A model generated the notes under the pieces. That model searched no databases and was not told the DNA's origin. It worked only from the letters and a program-made list of their open reading frames with translations. DNA of 64,000 bases, from NCBI GenBank assembly GCA_963737065.1, contig CAVTRC010000001.1:448001-512000 (forward strand). The letters are read 5' to 3'. This DNA is from Candidatus Eremiobacteria bacterium (lineage in GTDB: Bacteria > Vulcanimicrobiota > Vulcanimicrobiia > Vulcanimicrobiales > Vulcanimicrobiaceae). Shown here in pieces: positions 56,251 through 64,000 of the stretch; within the stretch, counting starts at the first letter, position 1; each line of letters starts with the position of its first letter. A program made the position numbers and the translations under genes.

Positions 56251-57464
56251 GGCGTTTCTCCCTCGAGATGAAATTGATCGTGCACGGCCGCTTCGGCCTT
56301 CGCGACGTCGCCTTCGGGCACCAGTACGGAGATCGTGATGTTGCTGTCGGTGCAGTGGATGATCTCCACGTTCGCGCGACTCAACGCATCGACGACTTGA
56401 TGCACGACGCCCGGAAGACAGCGCATCCCCGTGCCGACGACGGAAATCTTCGAGCATCCTTCGCGAACGCGCACGGCGAGATTGAGGTCGCCGAGCAGTT
56501 CCCGCACGTCGGTGCCCCGATCGCCGCCCACGACAAACGCAACACCCGCTTGATTGATCGTCACTTGGTCGATGGAGATCGCAGCGGCAGCAATGCGACG
56601 AAACATTTCCAGTTCCGTTTCCATACGCCGCGTGGGATTTTCGATGTCACCGCGGATCACGCGGACCCACGTCACGCTTCCGGATGCCGTAACGCCGGTG
56701 ACGGGACGTTTCTCGTCGATACGCTCGTCGACGATCGTGCCGAGATCGGTCTGTAACCCCCTGATCGAATAGCGCAAGCCGCGCCGTTGCGCGTAGCTCG
56801 CCGCCTTGTGATGCATCACCTTCGCTCCGTGCTCCGCGAGCTCGGTCATTTCTTCGAGCGAGGCACAATCGATGACATGCGCGTTCTCGACGCGCCGCGG
56901 ATCGGCGGTCATTGCACCGCTCACGTCGGTGTAAATATCCACGCGTTGCGCACTGAGCGCATGGCCGAGAGCAATTGCGGAGAGATCGGTACCGCCGCGT
57001 CCCAGCGTCGTGATTTTTCCGTGCTCGCTCACGCCTTGAAATCCCGCAATGACCGGGACGACGTCCGCGTGCAGCAACGCGAGCACCGCGTCGGGTTCGA
57101 CGCGTAACACGTTAGCATCGCCGAATCGCTCGTCGGTGATAATGCCGGCCTGCGCGCCGGTTAGCGCGCGCGCGTTAACGTTCATCGCGCAAAGTTCTTG
57201 TGCGAAGAGCCCCGCCGAGATGAGCTCGCCGCACGCAAGCACGACGTCCGCATTCGGCGTCCCGATCGTGCCGCCGATGAGCGCGAGCAGCGTGTCGGTC
57301 GCGTACGGCGCGGGCGCGCGCCCCATCGCCGAGACGACCGCTACAGGAGCATAGCCGGTTTGGCGTGCGTCGAGAATACGCGCAAACGCGACCTCGCGCT
57401 GTTCGCGGGTCGCAACCGACGTGCCGCCGAATTTGAGGACCGCAATTTTCGCCGTCACATTCAC
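56247..57464 (-). CDS. Aspartate kinase (DapG-like, with ACT domains)
   Basis: KFGGTSV, VVSAMGR..PYATDTL, TLGRGGTD, TDV.G.MTADPR, GAKVMH. Confidence 0.94.
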   Translation of the reverse strand: MNVTAKIAVLKFGGTSVATREQREVAFARILDARQTGYAPVAVVSAMGRAPAPYATDTLLALIGGTIGTPNADVVLACGELISAGLFAQELCAMNVNARALTGAQAGIITDERFGDANVLRVEPDAVLALLHADVVPVIAGFQGVSEHGKITTLGRGGTDLSAIALGHALSAQRVDIYTDVSGAMTADPRRVENAHVIDCASLEEMTELAEHGAKVMHHKAASYAQRRGLRYSIRGLQTDLGTIVDERIDEKRPVTGVTASGSVTWVRVIRGDIENPTRRMETELEMFRRIAAAAISIDQVTINQAGVAFVVGGDRGTDVRELLGDLNLAVRVREGCSKISVVGTGMRCLPGVVHQVVDALSRANVEIIHCTDSNITISVLVPEGDVAKAEAAVHDQFHLEGETP

Positions 57465-58435
57465 GTCTGGACGAACCCGCGGGCGAGCAGAAGTTCGAGA
57501 ATCTGCACGCCGTTCGTGGCCGCGCCCTTGCGCAGCTGATCTCCGGCGCACCACAAGACGAAATGACGTTTTGAGCCTTCGTCTTCACGGCGAAGACGTG
57601 CGACGTGCACCGCATCTTGTCCCTCGACGTCACGCGGCGTTACGATGCCGTCGCGATGAAAAACGACCCCCGGCGCGCGTTCCAGTGCCATCGCCAAGTC
57701 GTCCACGCTCGTATCGCGATCGGTTTCCACCCACACGGCTTCGGAATGCGCGGTACGCACGGGAACGCGCACGGTCGTTGCGCTCACCATCAACGCCGGC
57801 AGCCCGAGCATCTTGCGCGTCTCATCGCGCACTTTTTCTTCTTCTGCGCAGTAGCCGGTCGCATTCACGCGCCCGACTTGCGGAATCACATTGCGCGCAA
57901 GCCGCGCGGGAAAGGTGTTCGGCGGTGGCTCTCCTTCGCCGTTCACGACCGCGCGTTCGCCGGCGAGCAATTCGTCGAGGCCCGCGCGCCCTGCACCGCT
58001 TGCGGCTTGGTACGTCGCAACACGGACGCAACGCAATCCCGCTACGTCGCGCACCGGAGCGAGCGCGGTGCACAAAATGATCGCAGTGCAATTGGCGACG
58101 GGGAAAAGCCGGTGTTGACCGCGGACCACGTTCGCATTGACTTCCGGGATGATAAGCGGAACATCGTCGCGCAGGCGGAAGGTGGAACTGTTATCGATGA
58201 CGACCGCTCCGCGTTCGATCAGGGCGGGCGCGTACGCCTCACTCGCGTCTTCGCCGCTCGCGAAGAAAACAACGTCGTAGGCCCGCAGCGCATCGGCGCT
58301 CGCGACTTCGATGCCGTCTCGCGCACGCGACGCAAACTTCCCGATCCGCTCAACCGGAACGCGCCGCTCCGCCAACACGCGCAATATCGTCTCACCGACG
58401 ACACCCGTCGCTCCGACGACTGCTACGCTAACCAT
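57461..58435 (-). CDS. asd: Aspartate-semialdehyde dehydrogenase
   Basis: VGATGVVG, DNSSTFR, PEVN, NCT, YQAASGAG, RVPV..HSE, DQLRKGAATN. Confidence 0.96.
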   Translation of the reverse strand: MVSVAVVGATGVVGETILRVLAERRVPVERIGKFASRARDGIEVASADALRAYDVVFFASGEDASEAYAPALIERGAVVIDNSSTFRLRDDVPLIIPEVNANVVRGQHRLFPVANCTAIILCTALAPVRDVAGLRCVRVATYQAASGAGRAGLDELLAGERAVVNGEGEPPPNTFPARLARNVIPQVGRVNATGYCAEEEKVRDETRKMLGLPALMVSATTVRVPVRTAHSEAVWVETDRDTSVDDLAMALERAPGVVFHRDGIVTPRDVEGQDAVHVARLRREDEGSKRHFVLWCAGDQLRKGAATNGVQILELLLARGFVQT

Positions 58436-59153
58436 CGCGCTCACGCTGAGCCGCTCGCAGCGCATCGACGTCTAACCCGACGTGTAAGCCGGTCACGTTC
58501 GTCACCGCGCGGACGGCGGCACGCATACCCGGCACGAATGACTCGCGCGAGAACGAATCGTGACGAATCGTCAGCACCTCGCCGTCCGTCCCGAACAGCA
58601 CTTCTTGATGCGCCAGTAATCCGCGTAAACGCACGCTATGAATTGAAACCTCGGCGGGACCGCCGGCTTGAGTAATGCGTTCCGCGGTGAGCCGGGCAGT
58701 ACCCGAAGGTGAGTCTTTCTTTTGGTCGTGATGCAATTCAATGATCCCAATACTGGGAAACAGCTTCGCCGCTTCTTCGGCAAAGCGCATCATCAGCATT
58801 GCTCCAATCGAAAAATTCGGTACCAGCATCGCGCCGATGCCGCGTTCGCGCGCGGCCGCATCGAGCGCCTCGCGCTCGGCCTCACGCCATCCCGATGAGC
58901 CGATGACCGGGCGCACGCCGTGCGCGAGCGCATCCATCGAGACCGTGAATGACGACGGTTGCGTCGTGAAGTCCAGCAAAACGTCCGGCTTCTCGGCCGC
59001 GAACAACTCGTGCAAGTCGTCGACGATTCGTTCGTCCGGCGCGCGCGTACGTGCAAAACCACCGGCGTACACAACGCCGGCGGTCATTTGCATTGCTCGA
59101 ACGGCGACACGGCCCATACGGCCCAACGCGCCGGCAACAGCGACGCGTGTCAT
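58428..59153 (-). CDS. dapB: 4-hydroxy-tetrahydrodipicolinate reductase
   Basis: GALGRMG, DFT, PNFSIG, ELHHDQKKDSPSGTA. Confidence 0.96.
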   Translation of the reverse strand: MTRVAVAGALGRMGRVAVRAMQMTAGVVYAGGFARTRAPDERIVDDLHELFAAEKPDVLLDFTTQPSSFTVSMDALAHGVRPVIGSSGWREAEREALDAAARERGIGAMLVPNFSIGAMLMMRFAEEAAKLFPSIGIIELHHDQKKDSPSGTARLTAERITQAGGPAEVSIHSVRLRGLLAHQEVLFGTDGEVLTIRHDSFSRESFVPGMRAAVRAVTNVTGLHVGLDVDALRAAQRERDG

Positions 59154-59171
59154 GACGTCTCTCGGGTCTCC

Positions 59172-61337
59172 CTACATTTTCTCTAACGGAGCGTACTTCA
59201 ACATCAGCATCTTCTGACCGACGTTCGGGAAGTCGATTGTGATCAATCCGTCGCCGCCCGCACCGACGACGCCGCGAATCGTTCCCTCACCCCACTTCGG
59301 ATGCCGAACGCGGTCGCCGTCTTGCAGATCCATGCTCAGTCCGGCGCCTGCCGATTCGTGAATCGAGACCTCGCGCCAGCGCCCGCCGGACGGACGCGGC
59401 AGAACAACGCTCCCGCTTTCGAGATGTTCGAGACCCGGCATCTCTTCCAAGAACCGCGACTTCGGATACGCGTAGGTGTTGCCGAAGATCGCGCGCCGCT
59501 GCGCGTACGAGAGAAAGAGCCGGTCCATAGCGCGCGTCACACCGACGTAGGCAAGACGCCGCTCTTCCTCGAGCTCCGTCATGTCGGTCAGCGCGCGGCT
59601 GTGCGGGAAGACGCCTTCCTCGAGGCCAGTGAGGAACACCTGCGAAAACTCGAGGCCCTTCGCGCCGTGCATCGTCATCAGCGTGACGTAGGACGAATCG
59701 GGATCGAGCGCATCGAGATCGCTGATGAGGGCGATATTTGCGAGGAACCCGGCATGCGACGCTTCCGGTTCGGATGCCTCGTATTCGCGCGCCACGCCGA
59801 GCAGCTCTTGCAGATTCTCCATGCGAGCGCGCGCATCGTGCGTCTCTTCCGCTTGCAGCTCTCGAACGTAGCCCGAATCTTCCATCACGGTGACGAGCAG
59901 GTCGGACACCCTCGTTGACTGCGCTTGCGCGCGGAAGTTGCGGATCAGCTCCGCGAAGCGCTCAAGCTCCTTGAGCTTCTTCGGCACGGCCTCTCTGAGC
60001 AGCTCGCTATCGAACACCGCTTCGCCGACGGAAATGCCGCGCGCGTTTGCCGCGGTCACCAGCGCACCGAGCGTTTGCGCGCCGATTCCGCGACGCGGCA
60101 CGTTGACGATCCGCTTGAATGCGAGCGCGTCCGACGGATTCATCACGTAGCGCATGTACGCGATAACGTCCTTGATCTCTGAGCGCGCGTAGAACCCGAC
60201 GCCGCCGACGACGCGATACGGGATGCCGTCCGCGATCATCGCTTCTTCGAACACACGCGACTGCGCGTTCGTGCGATACAGAATCAAAAAATCGCGATAA
60301 GCCGCGCCGTCGCGTACCATCTCTTTGATTTTTTCGGTCACGTAGCGCGCTTCGTCGCGTTCCGTCGCGGCCGGGTAAACGGTAATTGCTTCGCCGTGGT
60401 CACGGCGCGTGAAGAGCTTCTTTTTCGCGCGCGTTTTGTTATTCGAAACGAGCGCGTTCGCCGCGTCGAGGATCCGTTGCGTCGAGCGATAGTTTTCCTC
60501 GAGCTTGAACACTTTCGCGCCCCGGAAATCTTCTTCGAAACGCAGGATCATCCGATAATCGCTGCCGCGCCATGAATAGATCGACTGATCGTCGTCGCCG
60601 ACGACGGTGACGTTTTTCGACTTAGCACCCAGTAGCGCAATGAGCCGATACTGCGCGACGTTTACGTCCTGATACTCGTCTACCAGGATGTATTGAAATT
60701 TCCGCTGGTATTTGTCACGAACCGTTTGCTCTTTTTCGAGCAGGTCGATCGTGCGAACGATCAAGTCGTCGAAGTCGAGGCTATTCGACTCGCGCAAGCG
60801 CCGTTCGTATTCGGTGTACACGTTCGCCATGCGTTCGCCGATGAATGACGTCTGCTTTTCGTGATACTGCTCGGGCCAAATCAGCGCGTTCTTCGCCTTG
60901 CTGATTTCGTGCAGGCATGCGCCCGCAGCGATTTGCCGTTCGTCGTAGTCCAGATCGTCGAGAATATCTTTGACGAGTTGGCGCTGATCGGTGTCGTCGA
61001 TGATCGCAAAGTTGGGCGAGATGCCGTTCTTCGTTCCATCGCGGCGCAACATACGCACGCACATCGAGTGGAACGTTCCGACCCATAGATCGCGCGAACG
61101 GGAACCGACCATACCTTCGAGACGCGTTTTCATCTCGCCGGCGGCTTTATTCGTGAACGTGACCGCAAGAATCCGATCTGCTTCGACGCCTTTTTCGTTC
61201 AACAAATGCGCGATGCGGTGCGTCAAGACGCGCGTCTTTCCGCTCCCCGCGCCGGCGAATATCAAAACAGGACCGTCGGTGTGGGCGACGGCCTTTGCTT
61301 GTACGTCGTTAAGGGTTTCGGACTCCACGATCATCAT
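59172..61337 (-). CDS. pcrA: UvrD/PcrA ATP-dependent DNA helicase
   Basis: AGAGSGKT, TFTNKAA, VDEYQD, VGDDDQSIY, ENYRS, HGAKGLEF, EERRLAYV, C-terminal RVRHPKWGEG domain. Confidence 0.96.
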   Translation of the reverse strand: MMIVESETLNDVQAKAVAHTDGPVLIFAGAGSGKTRVLTHRIAHLLNEKGVEADRILAVTFTNKAAGEMKTRLEGMVGSRSRDLWVGTFHSMCVRMLRRDGTKNGISPNFAIIDDTDQRQLVKDILDDLDYDERQIAAGACLHEISKAKNALIWPEQYHEKQTSFIGERMANVYTEYERRLRESNSLDFDDLIVRTIDLLEKEQTVRDKYQRKFQYILVDEYQDVNVAQYRLIALLGAKSKNVTVVGDDDQSIYSWRGSDYRMILRFEEDFRGAKVFKLEENYRSTQRILDAANALVSNNKTRAKKKLFTRRDHGEAITVYPAATERDEARYVTEKIKEMVRDGAAYRDFLILYRTNAQSRVFEEAMIADGIPYRVVGGVGFYARSEIKDVIAYMRYVMNPSDALAFKRIVNVPRRGIGAQTLGALVTAANARGISVGEAVFDSELLREAVPKKLKELERFAELIRNFRAQAQSTRVSDLLVTVMEDSGYVRELQAEETHDARARMENLQELLGVAREYEASEPEASHAGFLANIALISDLDALDPDSSYVTLMTMHGAKGLEFSQVFLTGLEEGVFPHSRALTDMTELEEERRLAYVGVTRAMDRLFLSYAQRRAIFGNTYAYPKSRFLEEMPGLEHLESGSVVLPRPSGGRWREVSIHESAGAGLSMDLQDGDRVRHPKWGEGTIRGVVGAGGDGLITIDFPNVGQKMLMLKYAPLEKM

Positions 61338-61382
61338 CTCGTAAGACTTCGCCGCGCGAGGCAAATCGGCCTCGGCGGTGTC

Positions 61383-62426
61383 TCACGATGCGGCGGAGGG
61401 CTGCTTTTGTCGTAATGCCAGCGCGTACGCTGATGCAAGGTACGCGAGCGTTGACTCTGCCCCCATGTTGGCATTTGCGCCATGCGCATCGAGTCCGTCG
61501 CGGCACGCGCCTCCGGCGTCAACCAACGGTACGCCGACGATGTTGGCGCCGTGATACCATTCGTGCGCGCGCCGCGCCGCGGCCAAGCGCTCGGGACGTT
61601 CATCGGCAGCAAATGCGGCCAGCTCTGCGTCCACCATCGCGACCGCTTCCAGGGGCTGTTGTGCAAAACGAGCCCGCGTTCCGCCGCGGCGATACCACTC
61701 GTCGTTACCGATCGGAACGAAAATGCCGTTTTCAAAAACGACCGTTTCGAGAAAATCGAGCGTTCGCAGTCCCGCGCGCACCATATCGTCGTTGCGCAGC
61801 GAACTGCCCGCGACGAGCAGCGCCTCCGGCAGGCGCGCGTTATCGTAGGTCATTAGGTCTTCGAACCAGCACCACGTCTCGTCGGCGGATTCATGAAGCC
61901 GTGCGAGAGACGACGTCGCCAGACGCTCCATCGCCGCGCGATAGAGCGGACGCGGCGCGACGGCGTACGCGTGATGCAATCCCAAGACCGCGTACGCCTG
62001 AGCGCGCGCGAACTGCAGCCACTCGAGCGAGGAAAGCGCCCGATCGAACATTTGCCCGCACAGGATGCGCCACTGTTCCGTCGGCGCAAATCGGAATCCG
62101 TATCCAAGCGCCCAGATCGCGCGTCCCACGCTGTCGTGCGTTCCGACCTCGTCGAGCCACTCCCGCGCATAGCTCATGAAATTATGAAAGCGCCCGTCAT
62201 CCAGCTGCGCATCGTGCAAGAATGAAAGATACGTCGACGCGAGACGCACTGACACGTCATCTCCGCACAATGCATGATGCATCAAGGCGACGATGAACGC
62301 GCGTGCGACATCATCCGTACAGTAACCGGTGGACCGGTTCGGCACGGAGTATGTCGCATGTTGGATGATACCGGTGTCGTCGCTCAGGACGGCGACGTGA
62401 TGAAGCGGGGGAAGTCCGGAGGTCAA
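61383..62426 (-). CDS. Glycoside-hydrolase-like (alpha/alpha barrel) protein coupled to a GT4
   Basis: DDTGIIQHA, GYCTDDVARA, LMTYDNARLPEAL, QQPLEA, NMGAESTLA; TTG overlaps the GT4 stop. Confidence 0.8.
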   Translation of the reverse strand: MTSGLPPLHHVAVLSDDTGIIQHATYSVPNRSTGYCTDDVARAFIVALMHHALCGDDVSVRLASTYLSFLHDAQLDDGRFHNFMSYAREWLDEVGTHDSVGRAIWALGYGFRFAPTEQWRILCGQMFDRALSSLEWLQFARAQAYAVLGLHHAYAVAPRPLYRAAMERLATSSLARLHESADETWCWFEDLMTYDNARLPEALLVAGSSLRNDDMVRAGLRTLDFLETVVFENGIFVPIGNDEWYRRGGTRARFAQQPLEAVAMVDAELAAFAADERPERLAAARRAHEWYHGANIVGVPLVDAGGACRDGLDAHGANANMGAESTLAYLASAYALALRQKQPSAAS

Positions 62427-63628
62427 GCGCTCGTGACGAGTTCGACGTGCGACGGAGGCGCGAGCTCGAGGAAGATTTCCCCGTATCGGCGCGCAACGTG
62501 CGACCACGTCATTTGACGGCCGAACCGGTACGCGCGGCGTTCCGTTGCACGGCGAAGCGACGGATCGTCGAGGAGCATCAGCAGACGATCGGCAATCGAG
62601 CCCGCGTCGCGGAACCCACACAAGAATCCGCGGCCGTGCGCGAGTAATTCTTCCGCATACAGGTACGGCGTCGAGATCACCGCCTTTCCGCAACCGACGG
62701 CATACGCGAGCGTGCCGCTCACGATCTGCACCGGATTGAGATACGGCGTGAGATAGATGTCGGTGGCCGCGAGATACGTAACCAGTTCATCAAAGTCGAG
62801 ATACTTATCGATCAACTGGACGTTGTTTTGCAACCCGTAATCACGCACCATCTGATGCAGTGATTCGCGGTACGATTCGCCTTCGTGCCGGCGAACGACC
62901 GGATGCGTTTCACCGAGAATGAGGTACAGCGCTTCGGGATGCCGCTTGACGACCTTACGCATCCCTTCGATCGCGTATTCGAGCCCCTTTCCGCGATTGA
63001 TCAATCCGAATGTCGAGATGACGAGCCGTTCTCCGATACCGAACGAGGCTTTCGCTGCATCAGTGGGTTGAAACGGCACGTCGGGCACGCCGTGATGAAT
63101 CAACGCGAGACGCGACGGGTCGATCCCGTAGACGCCACGCAGGAGTTCGCAGCCGGTGCCGGAGAGGGAAACTACTTTATCGGCGCGCTCGCACAATTTT
63201 CGGGTCACGCGCAACATCGTGTCGTCGGGGTCGGGAAGCACCGTATGGAGCGTGATGACGACGGGCTTGCTCACCTCGTCAAGGAGGTCACACAGCCATT
63301 CGCCGCGCTCGCCGCCGAAGAGCCCGTACTCGTGCTGAATGTTCAGCAGCTGTGCCGGGTCATCGTTGATGAAGCGCGCGATGTCGCGATAGCTGTAGCG
63401 ATCCTGTTCGCTCAGACGTGCCACGACTTCGCGCGGATAGCGCCGCGTCTCACCGCCGGGTTCGTCGATGGCGATGACGTCGCTCTTCGAACCAAAGGCG
63501 CGGTCGAACGACGTGACGACGTCGTGCGTAAACGTGGCAATACCGCATTCGCGCGGCGGATACGATCCGAGCAGAAGGACGGGCGGCACCGCGTGTAGTT
63601 CCAGTGCGTCGGCCGTTCTCGGCGTCAT
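62423..63628 (-). CDS. GT4-family glycosyltransferase
   Basis: SYPPRECGIATFT, QHEYGLFGG, KGLEYAI, SGTLAYA; GGAGG RBS before ATG 63628. Confidence 0.93.
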   Translation of the reverse strand: MTPRTADALELHAVPPVLLLGSYPPRECGIATFTHDVVTSFDRAFGSKSDVIAIDEPGGETRRYPREVVARLSEQDRYSYRDIARFINDDPAQLLNIQHEYGLFGGERGEWLCDLLDEVSKPVVITLHTVLPDPDDTMLRVTRKLCERADKVVSLSGTGCELLRGVYGIDPSRLALIHHGVPDVPFQPTDAAKASFGIGERLVISTFGLINRGKGLEYAIEGMRKVVKRHPEALYLILGETHPVVRRHEGESYRESLHQMVRDYGLQNNVQLIDKYLDFDELVTYLAATDIYLTPYLNPVQIVSGTLAYAVGCGKAVISTPYLYAEELLAHGRGFLCGFRDAGSIADRLLMLLDDPSLRRATERRAYRFGRQMTWSHVARRYGEIFLELAPPSHVELVTSA

Positions 63629-63706
63629 CGTTCCTCCATTCTGCGACAACAGGGCATAGGGGAGCCACGATATTAGGAAGCTCCTCCCTGGTTCGATAGT
63701 ACAAAT

Positions 63707-63733
63707 GTACCCGTCCGCGTCGCCGCGATAAAC
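63707..63733 (-). promoter_or_regulatory. SigB/SigF-like promoter of the GT4 operon
   Basis: Minus strand GTTTA-N16-GGGTAC. Confidence 0.72.
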
Positions 63734-63760
63734 CTGCGGAACGGTTAACGCTTGGTTTAA

Positions 63761-64000
63761 CTAGCGCTGGATCGGTTGGGTTGCACCAACCCGGGCGCCC
63801 AAGTCGAGCATGGCTCCAGGTTCGACCACGGCGTCATGTCCGATGACGCCGCCGGCCGGCACGTGAGCACGCGCGCCGACGACCGCGTTGCTCGCGAGAA
63901 TGCTGCTTTCAACGCTTGCTTCTTCCTCTATACGGACGCCATCCCACAGCACGCTGTTGCGCACGGTGGCGCGGGCGCCAATCGTAACGCCCGTGCCGAG
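63761..64000 (-). CDS. C-terminal hexapeptide-repeat end of a probable NDP-sugar pyrophosphorylase, truncated by the right window edge
   Basis: LGTGVTIGARATVRNSVLWDGVRIEEEASVESSILASNAVVGARA left-handed beta-helix repeats. Confidence 0.7.
   Translation of the reverse strand, partial: LGTGVTIGARATVRNSVLWDGVRIEEEASVESSILASNAVVGARAHVPAGGVIGHDAVVEPGAMLDLGARVGATQPIQR

Noticed and set aside
1..64000. rRNA, tRNA, transposases, integrases, prophage genes
   Set aside because: None recognised by eye. The many long Arg-rich antisense ORFs are GC-rich shadow frames of the called genes.

Overview
This is a GC-rich (roughly 60% by eye) bacterial chromosomal window, mostly minus-strand housekeeping genes. 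It holds a dispersed de novo purine cluster (purN, purM, purF, purD, guaA, two purP, purS, purQ, purL, purC, purB), riboflavin genes (ribD, ribE, ribBA, ribH), dap/lysine genes (dapB, asd, aspartokinase, dapA), cydAB, pcrA, holA, mtnA, panB, pepA, tpx and sugar-transfer genes. Gram-positive-type signals (CGAAC-N4-GTTCG SOS box, SigB/SigF-like GGGTAC promoters, apparently leaderless starts) suggest a Terrabacteria lineage, possibly Eremiobacterota/Vulcanimicrobiota, but this cannot be confirmed here. The most unusual elements are: (1) an XRE-HTH domain fused to RibBA with a perfect palindrome over its own -35 box and no recognisable FMN riboswitch; (2) a three-unit array of structured repeats directly after a Gly-rich zinc-ribbon gene that also has a structured 5' leader; (3) a mosaic purine pathway with two archaeal-type PurP paralogues, an animal-PAICS-like PurC carrying a degenerate PurE domain, a tandem PurS and a GNAT-PurN fusion; (4) a membrane-anchored double AAA pseudo-ATPase; (5) a BrnT-like toxin inactivated by a nonsense codon plus frameshift beside an intact RHH antitoxin; and (6) two small ORFs below the ORF-track cutoff. 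I recognised no rRNA, tRNA, CRISPR array or intact mobile element. All calls come from reading motifs by eye; no searches were run.
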